Assembly (NCBI RefSeq): GCF_009914755.1
Contig: NC_060948.1
Direction: 5' to 3' (one strand)
Length of the DNA stretch: 64,000 bases
From: the human T2T-CHM13v2.0 reference genome, Homo sapiens
Shown here one piece after another: positions 40,620 through 64,000 of the stretch. Position 1 is the first letter of the stretch. Every line of letters starts with the position of its first letter. Made by a program: the position numbers and the translations under genes. Below the pieces are notes generated by a model that was not told the origin of the DNA, did not search any database, and was given only the letters and a program-made list of their open reading frames with translations.

Positions 40620-41235
40620 CTTCCTGGTTCATAGACGGCACCTTCCCACAGTGTCCTCACATGGTGGAAGACACGAGGGAGCTCTGTGGGGTCTCGCTTC
40701 CTGGTTCATAGACGGCACCTTCCCACAGTGTCCTCACATGGTGGAAGAGACGAGGGAGCTCTGTGGGGTCTCGCTTCCTGGTTCATAGACGGCACCTTCC
40801 CACTGTGTCCTCACATAGTGGAAGAGACGAGGGAGCTCTGTGGGGTCTCGCTTCCTGGTTCATAGACGGCACCTTCCCACAGTGTCCTCACATGGTGGAA
40901 GAGACGAGGGAGCTCTGTGGGGTCTCGCTTCCTGGTTCATAGACGGCACCTTCCCACTGTGTCCTCACATAGTGGAAGAGACGAGGGAGCTCTGTGGGGT
41001 CTCGCTTCCTGGTTCATAGACGGCACCTTCCCACAGTGTCCTCACATGGTGGAAGAGACGAGGGAGCTCTGTGGGGTCTCGCTTCCTGGTTCATAGACGG
41101 CACCTTCCCACTGTGTCCTCACATGGTGGAAGAGACGAGGGAGCTCTGTGGGGTCTCGCTTCCTGGTTCATAGACGGCACCTTCCCACTGTGTCCTCACA
41201 TGGTGGAAGAGACGAGGGAGCTCTGTGGGGTCTCT
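40620..41235. repeat. 77 bp VNTR, 8 near-identical copies
   Basis: CTTCCTGGTTCATAGACGGCACCTTCCCAC(A/T)GTGTCCTCACAT(G/A)GTGGAAGAGACGAGGGAGCTCTGTGGGGTCTCG at 40620, 40697, ... Confidence 0.97.
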
Positions 41236-41248
41236 TTTATAAGGACGC

Positions 41249-42567
<1,319 letters not shown>

Positions 42568-42767
42568 TAACCAAGAAATACCCTGACCTTTGTTTGTCTT
42601 CCAGAAAATACCTTATTCCAAAGAGTTCCCTTCCTCATAGGCCTTACATATAAGGCTTGTGGATGTCTCTTTTTCTACTTAAGACAAAGCCAGATCCAAA
42701 ACCTCCGAATTTCCCACCTTTGTCTAGTAAATGATGAGCTGAATTTCTTGTCCCATTGCCAGTCTAG

Positions 42768-43355
<588 letters not shown>

Positions 43356-43685
43356 ATCTACAACCTGAATTGATCAAACTTTTCTTCCGATTCTCACTCC
43401 CTCCCCCCAGATCCATACACTTTGGCCCAGCCTCAGCCCGAGCCGACACACACAGCTTCTCCTTACTAGAGAACTGGCCAAACACTGGGAAAGACTTGTG
43501 TATTGTGTGCAAAGTGTATGAAGTTAGGAAGACCCACATGGCTCTCCCTGGACCCTGAGAGCTTACAAGGATCAATATGTGAATATTAATTAAGTCTGGA
43601 GCTCAAAGCCTTTGCAGCCAGGAGTGCAGTTGGTGTCTTCAATTTAGCCAAAAGCCGTGCTCTCAGGAGGCACTAAGAAACTGTG

Positions 43686-44152
43686 GGCCAGGCGCAGTGG
43701 CTTATGCCTGTAATCCCAGCACTTTGAGAGGCCGAGGCGGGCGGATCACAAGGTCAGGAGATCGAGACCATCCTGGCTAACACGGTGAAACCCCATCTCT
43801 ACTAAAAATACAAAAAAAAATTAGCTGGGCGTGGTGGCGGGCACCTATAGTCCCAGCTACTCCGGAGGCTGAGACAGGAGAATGGCGTGAAACAGGGAGA
43901 CGGAGCTTGCAGTGAGCCTAGATCGCTCCACTGCACTCCAGCCTGGGCGACAGAGCAAGACTCCGTCAAAAAAAAAAAAAAAAATAGCTGGACATGGTGG
44001 CAGTCACCTGTAATCCCAGCTACTCGGGAGGCTGAAGCAGAGAGTCGTTTGAACCTCGGAGGCGGAGGCGGCAGCGAGCTGAGATCGCACCACTGCACTC
44101 GAGGCTGGGCAACAGAGTGAGACTCCGTCTCAAAAAAATAAATAATAAATAA
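43686..44152 (+). mobile_element. AluY-like element followed by an Alu right arm
   Basis: GAGATCGAGACCATCCTGGCTAACACGG and GGAGCTTGCAG diagnostics. Confidence 0.92.
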
Positions 44153-44261
44153 AACCTGTGGAGTGGATGATTGAACAGACAGGTGTCTGTAGCCAATAAA
44201 AGTGTGCATTTGCATGAGACCCATGGATGATACAATACTTTTTCTCCTAAGTCTGTAACAC

Positions 44262-45710
<1,449 letters not shown>

Positions 45711-46494
45711 AAGGGTGTCAAGCTCATTGCTGACTTGAGTCCTCATTCACCTCTGCCTCGAGTCTCCCTTGCTTCCATTTGATCGCCTACAAGTTTCTGT
45801 CATTGGACTGCAGATGTGAAAGCATCCCCTTGGCATTTTGTCAGCGCCTCATCCTTACAGCAGAGACGCTGGCAGCTTGTCCCGTCTGCTGCCCGAAATC
45901 CTCTTTGCAGAACAGACAGGGTGCAAGATGGAGCATCCTGCTTCTTAAGCGATGGGTGTGTCTCTGTTTCTGAAGAGACTGCACAAATGCTGTCTTTCTA
46001 CCATTCCTGTTTGCTTCCTTTGGCCCTCTGCCTCCAGCCTCTTTCCGTGGGGCTGGATTTTCTCCCTGGATGAGCGTGCGAGAGAGTTGTGAGGTTGTGT
46101 CTGCCCTAAAAACCCTGCCCTTGTACTTGGCTCCTGACCTTGATGTCAGTAGAGATGCGCTTGCTGAGTCCTCCTGGGCAGCCTGCTCATCTGCCACAAG
46201 ATGACAGCTCATCTCCAGGCAGCGTCATCCCCACGGCAACCCCTCAGCTTCCTCCCGTTCTCTGCTCCATCCTTCCCCTTGGACTCAGTGTGGAATCATT
46301 TCTACATCAGCGAAGCCCAGCTGCGGCCCCCAGGAGCTGTTCCTCCCTGCCTGGTCTGTCAAGTGTCTTTTTGACCCTTGCTGATTTGGGGGAAGAGAAT
46401 TGGCTCACGGTCGGATTCTGCTGCTAACAGTAAACCTCCAGAGAGGATGCTCAGATCCAGCGGCGGGCGCTTTCCTGCTGCATTTTTTCAAAAA

Positions 46495-47427
<933 letters not shown>

Positions 47428-47960
47428 GGCTGGGCATGGTGGCTCACACCTGTAATCCCAGCATGTTGGGAGGCCGAGGCAAGCAGATCACTTGAGGTCA
47501 GGAGTTCGAGAGCAGCCTGGCCACATGGGAGGGAGGGAGGGAGGGAGGGGAGAGAGAGAGAGAGAAAGGAAGGAAGGAAGGAAGGAAGGAAGGAAGGAAG
47601 GAAGGAAGGAAGGAAGGAGGGAGGGAGGGAGGGAGGGGAAAGAGAGAGAGAAAGAACAAATGAACGAAAGAAAGAAAGAAAAGGAAGGAAGGAAGGGAAA
47701 ATCTGCTGTGGGAGAAAGAAAGAAAGAAGAAAGAAAGAGAAAGAAAGGAAAAGGAAAGAAAGAAAATCTGCTGAAGGAGAAAGAGAGAAAAAGAAAGAAA
47801 GAGAAAGAAAGATCTGCTGAAGGAGAAAGAGAGAAAAAGAAAGAAAGAAAAAGGAAGAAAGATCTGCTGAAGGAGAAAGAAAGAGAGAAAAAGAAAGAAA
47901 GAAGAAAAAGAGAGAAAGAAAGAAGAAAGAAAGAGAAAGAAGAAAGTAAAAGAAAGAAAG

Positions 47961-48015
<55 letters not shown>

Positions 48016-48076
48016 AAAGAAAGAAAGAAAAAGAAAGGAAAGAAAGAAAAAAAGGAAAGAAGGAGAAATCTGCTGA
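47428..48076 (+). repeat. Alu left-arm fragment followed by a ~545 bp polypurine tract punctuated by ATCTGCTG
   Basis: Alu 47428-47528; A/G tract with ATCTGCTG at 47701, 47766, 47812, 47862 and 48068. Confidence 0.92.
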
Positions 48077-48757
48077 GGGATAGGACATAATTACCTGGTG
48101 TTTTCCCAGACAGGGCACTTCCTCATTTCACACAATTGGGGGTCTATTCCCTTTTATCCTTCCCATTTTACGTGTCGTCCTTTTCTCTTGGCTCCCATGA
48201 GATACGCCTCTGGGTTTCAGAACGACTCTGCCCGTGGATGATATGGGAACTCTTATCAGCATTGTCAAACCTCCTGGGTGGAGGGGAGTAGGAGAAACTC
48301 CCATTTCTCTTTGTCCTCTGGGGAACTCACTCCATTTCTCTCCCAGAGACGATGTATCTGATATTAGATTGGCTATTTGGACATTGCTAGTGCAAAATGT
48401 TGACACTTCATTTTTCTCCTAAGTCATTACATCCACAGAGCAGGTCGTGTGTTTGTGTCTTGGAACGCAAGTTCTTAGGGACTTTCAGATTTGTTTTGTC
48501 ACTGAATTCTCTCCGGACGCCGGGCACTAGGCAGGCCCCATGAACATCCTGTTTTAGCAAACGTCTGAAACTCCAGGACTCATAAGTGGATGAATAAAGC
48601 AGTTGAGTTTTACATCTGTGTCTTCTGACGTCTTTCATGAAGTGTTTCCTCAGCCTGACTGTACATCAAATTCACTCCAGATGTACCATAAAAATGCATA
48701 TTCCTGGTTTCTATCTCCGACGACTATAACTCGGTTAGACACCAGGTCTATCGTATG

Positions 48758-49275
48758 TTTTTTTTTGTTGTTTGTTCGTTTACTTTAAGTTCTGGGGTAC
48801 CTGTGCAGAATGTGCAGGTGTGTTACACAGGTATACATGTGCCATGGTGGTTTGCTGCACCCATCAACCCATCATCTAGGCTTTAAGCCCCGCAGGCATT
48901 ACGTATTTGTCCTAATGCTCTCCCTGTCCTTGTCCCCCAGCCCCCAACAGGCCCAGGTGTGTGATGTTCCCCTCTCTGTGTCCATGTGTTCTCATTGTTC
49001 AACTCCCACTTATGAGTGAGAACATGCGATGTTTGGTTTTCTGTTCCTGTGTGAGTTTGCTGAGAATGATGGTTTCCAGCTTCATCCGTGTGCCTGCAAA
49101 GAACATGAACTCCTCCTTTTTTATGGCTGTATAGTATTCCTTGGTGTCTATGTGCCACATTTTCTTCATCCAGTCTATCATTGATGGACATTTGGGTTGG
49201 TTCCAAGTCTTTGCTACCATGCATAGTGCCTCAAGAAACATACATGTGCCTGTGTCTTTATAGTAGAATGATTTA
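48758..49275 (-). mobile_element. Older L1PA 3' end
   Basis: TACTTTAAGTTCTGGGGTAC...GTCTTTATAGTAGAATGATTTA; ORF 48999..49316 is the ORF2p C-terminus ([10 protein letters not shown]). Confidence 0.93.
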
Positions 49276-49289
49276 TTAATTGTTAATTG

Positions 49290-49750
<461 letters not shown>

Positions 49751-49890
49751 TGATGATTCTAACACTTACCCCACAGACAGGCATTCAGGGGAAACAGCAC
49801 TCAAATTCTGCACAGAGATTCTTTGTAATTTTGCTATTATCTAACCTGGTTAATGAGCGTCTCTCAGCCAGGCTCATATTCTTCAACTAA

Positions 49891-50424
<534 letters not shown>

Positions 50425-50979
50425 TAGGAGGCAGTGAAGGACAAATATCCACATCACAATCCCCATTTGGACTGAACTGTCACCTGCATTTCTGCAGAAC
50501 CACATTTAATCCTATTCCACCTCCTGGAGATAAACAAGGTGTACCTCTTCCCTCTTCCCAGTAAAGTCAGCTAGGGAACGAGAGTCAGCGGCTGAGACTC
50601 CAGCGGCCATCTCCTTTGAGTCCTGGCTAAACTGTGCATGGTGTGGTACAGGAGAGAACGTGAAGGCCAAACTGGCCTCTCAACCCACCCTGCCCCATAT
50701 TTTTTGCAAGCGCAAGCTCTGCCATCCCCTCGTGGACTCAGCGGTGAAGTCCTTGATGAAACGATGTGGTTTCTCCATTGCTTGGACAATCCTCCAAGCA
50801 AGGAGGAAAATTCAAGCTACCTGTCATCTGGATATTAAAATATACTTTGTAATTACTGGAATCATATGTGTTCAGACATCTCAATTGCAGGGAAAAATTA
50901 AGACGTCGTGGCCCAGTTACTTTGCAATTTCTGTGGAAATTTTCTGGAAATACATTCATTTTTTAAAAATGAATGCATA

Positions 50980-51353
<374 letters not shown>

Positions 51354-51616
51354 TCACCAAACATGTTATTGGGTTCCCTTGTTTGCAAGCAAGAAAGGAA
51401 AACCCTGGTCTTTTTTTTTTTTTTTTCAATCCTGCCATTTTTACTTTTATTAGTATCAAGCTGGAGCATCCAAGATGCTATTTACCTCGGCAGCCCGCTG
51501 GGTTTTTCCATTGCAACTGTGGGTTTTCTATTTGCAAAACAGCCACGGAGGCTTAGTACATATTTTCCGTATTTTGCCCTTGTAGCAAAGGCAAACATAC
51601 GGGAATAGAAACATAC

Positions 51617-52514
<898 letters not shown>

Positions 52515-52528
52515 ATATGAAAATATGG

Positions 52529-52842
<314 letters not shown>

Positions 52843-52869
52843 ACGGAAACGCAGTGGAGAGATCCTGTT

Positions 52870-58247
<5,378 letters not shown>

Positions 58248-58530
58248 CGAGATGGAGTCTCACTCTGCCACTCAGAGCGGAATGCCGTGGTGCAATCTCA
58301 GTTCACTGAAACCTCTGCCTCCCGGGTTCAAGTGATTCTCCTATCTCAGTCTCCCGAGTAGCTGGGATTACAGGTGCGAGCCACCACGCCCAGCTAATTT
58401 TTGTATTTTTAGTAGAGATGGGGTTTTGCCATGTTGACCAGGCTGGTCTCGAACTCCTGACCTCAAGCAATCCTCCCACCTCGGCCTCCCAAAGTGATAG
58501 GATTACAGGTGTGAGCCTCCACGCCCAGCC
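58248..58530 (-). mobile_element. Alu (tail-less)
   Basis: Alu consensus motifs. Confidence 0.9.
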
Positions 58531-59005
58531 CCTCTTTTCTCCCTCTTTGTCTCTCTTTCCTTCTCCTTTTTCACTCTCTCAGTATTTCTCTTCTGTCTTT
58601 CCCCCACTCCCTCTCTCTCTCCTTTCTCTCTCCTTTCTCAGTCTCCTTTCTCTCTCTCTTTCCCTCTCCTTTCTCAGTCTCCTTTCTCTCTCTCTTTCCC
58701 TCTCCTTTCTCAGTCTCCTTTCTCTCTCTCTTTCCCTCTCCTTTCTCTCTCTCTTTCCCTCTCCTTTCTGACTCTCTCTTTCTCAGTATCTGTTTCCTCT
58801 CTCTCTTTTTCCCTCCTCTCCCTCTCTCTCTCTCTCAAAATCTCCCTCTTCCCCCTCTCACCCTCTCTCTTTCTTCCACCCTCTCTACCCCACTCTCCAT
58901 CTCTCCGTTTCTCTTCCTCTCTCCTTTTTTTTTCTCTCTCTCCTCTGTCTTCTCCATGGCCCTTCTTCCCTCTCTCTCTTCCTCTCCTTCTCTCCACTTT
59001 TCTCT
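58531..59005. repeat. Polypyrimidine (CT-rich) low-complexity tract with short internal tandem units
   Basis: CTCCTTTCTCAGTCTCCTTTCTCTCTCTCTTTCCCT repeated. Confidence 0.95.
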
Positions 59006-59567
59006 CATACCCAGCCCTCAACAGAAACCACCACACTATGCACTGTCTGGCAATCCATATCCCCAAATCTTTATTCTCCTCTTGAGAGCAGCTTCTGAAT
59101 TCTATTAGGTCCATCTCTCTACATCCTTTTACTTTCTTATCTCTGTTCTTATCTCTCTCTATTTTCTGAGCCACCGACGTCAGGGTAACTCAGCAGATCA
59201 GGCTGTGAGATACTGAGATACCCACGGCAAAGGGAACGTGAAATGAGATGGGATCAAAACCCAGAACCGTCCGTCACTAACACCGTTCACTTCTCTGCAT
59301 AGCTCTGTCTTGTCTCCTCAAAGTGAGGACACAGGGAGAGAGACACTGTCGTGCAGCTTTTAAGAATTCAGGGTTGAGATTCTGATGCATCTGGGAGGGG
59401 CCTGCTTGCAGGTGAAGTCAGTTGTTGGTGACAACGTGGCCGTGGGCTGGCCGGGATGATGGTAGCGTACACCTGCAAAGTTTGCTGTAAGAATTAAGAG
59501 ATAATACCTGGAAGGATGCATGCAACAGGTGCTTAGCTGAATGCCTACAAACACTGTCTATAGTTAG

Positions 59568-63115
<3,548 letters not shown>

Positions 63116-63501
63116 TAGTGTTCTGAATATGAATAATGCCACCTGGTATGGGTGGCTAAATTACCCAAATTCACCCAATTGTTCACTAAAAGATGCTTTT
63201 CTCTTTTTTTTCCTGGTTTGACAGTATTGAGAGTGTAGTTTGAAAACAAAGAAGAGAACATGTTGCCTAAAGAGTGAAAGACAGGACAAGAGAGTTTGAA
63301 AATGGCACGGAAGAGCTTATCACAGTCGGACACTCATCTGAGGCTTCATTTCATCGAAAAGAAAATAGAAAAAGATAAAATAAAATAGAAAAAGAATTCC
63401 ATTCTCCATGATGTAATTATTCATACCTAGTATTCGATAGTACAACAGGGTGACTATTGTCAAAATAATTTAATTGCACATTTTAAGATAACTAAAAGAG
63501 T

Positions 63502-64000
63502 ATGTATTAGTCCGTTTTCATGCTGCTGATAAAGACATACCCAAAGCCGGGTGCGGTGGCTCACGCCTGTAATCCCAGCACTTTGGGAGGCTGAGGTGGG
63601 CAGATCACCTGAGGTCAGGAGTTTGAGACCAGCCTGGCCAACATGGTGAAACCCCATCTCTACTAAAAATACAAAACTTAGCCAGGCGTGGTGGCCCATG
63701 CCTGTTATCCCAGCTAATCAGGAGGCTGAGGCTGGAGAATCACTTGAACATGGGTGGCAGAGGTGGCAGTGAGCTGAGATTGCACCACTGCAGTCCAGGC
63801 TGGGCAACAGAGTAAGACTTGGTCTCAAAAAAAAAAAAAAAAAAAAAAAAAAAAGCATACCCTAGATTGGGTAATTTATTTAAAAAAAGAGACATACCCG
63901 AGACTGGGAAATTTATAAAGAAAATGAGGTTCCATGGACTCACAGTTCCACATGGCTGAGGAGGCCTCACAGTCATGGTGGAAGGAGAAAGGCACATCTT
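63502..64000 (-). mobile_element. THE1 MaLR LTR (runs off the window) with a sense-strand Alu insert (63546-63855)
   Basis: TGTATTAGTCCGTTTTCATGCTGCTGATAAAGACATACCC...GGACTCACAGTTCCACATGGCTG. Confidence 0.9.

Overview
Primate (human-like) non-coding DNA, made almost entirely of transposable-element remnants and tandem repeats. It holds roughly 70 Alu copies or fragments, several 5'-truncated L1PA 3' ends, a decayed L1M ORF2, MaLR LTRs (THE1/MST/MLT1), ERV1-class solo LTRs, Tigger1 and MER5A. No protein-coding exon, RNA gene or CRISPR array can be supported; the ORF track is Alu, L1, low-complexity or VNTR read-through. The most distinctive property is dense local tandem amplification: a ~3.95 kb 33-39 bp VNTR with open frames on both strands, a ~3.6 kb 58 bp VNTR traceable to an MSTB LTR segment, 148 bp and 77 bp LTR-derived VNTRs, 235 bp and ~342 bp MLT1 arrays, an Alu left-arm tetramer and several 0.4-0.9 kb duplications. 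Many unrelated repeats share the same T>G/A>C change (e.g. Alu GGGATGACAGG). Together these suggest, by inference only, a highly recombining region such as pseudoautosomal region PAR1. Repeat family names come from recall of consensus sequences, not a database search, and boundaries are approximate. I found no convincing novel gene system.
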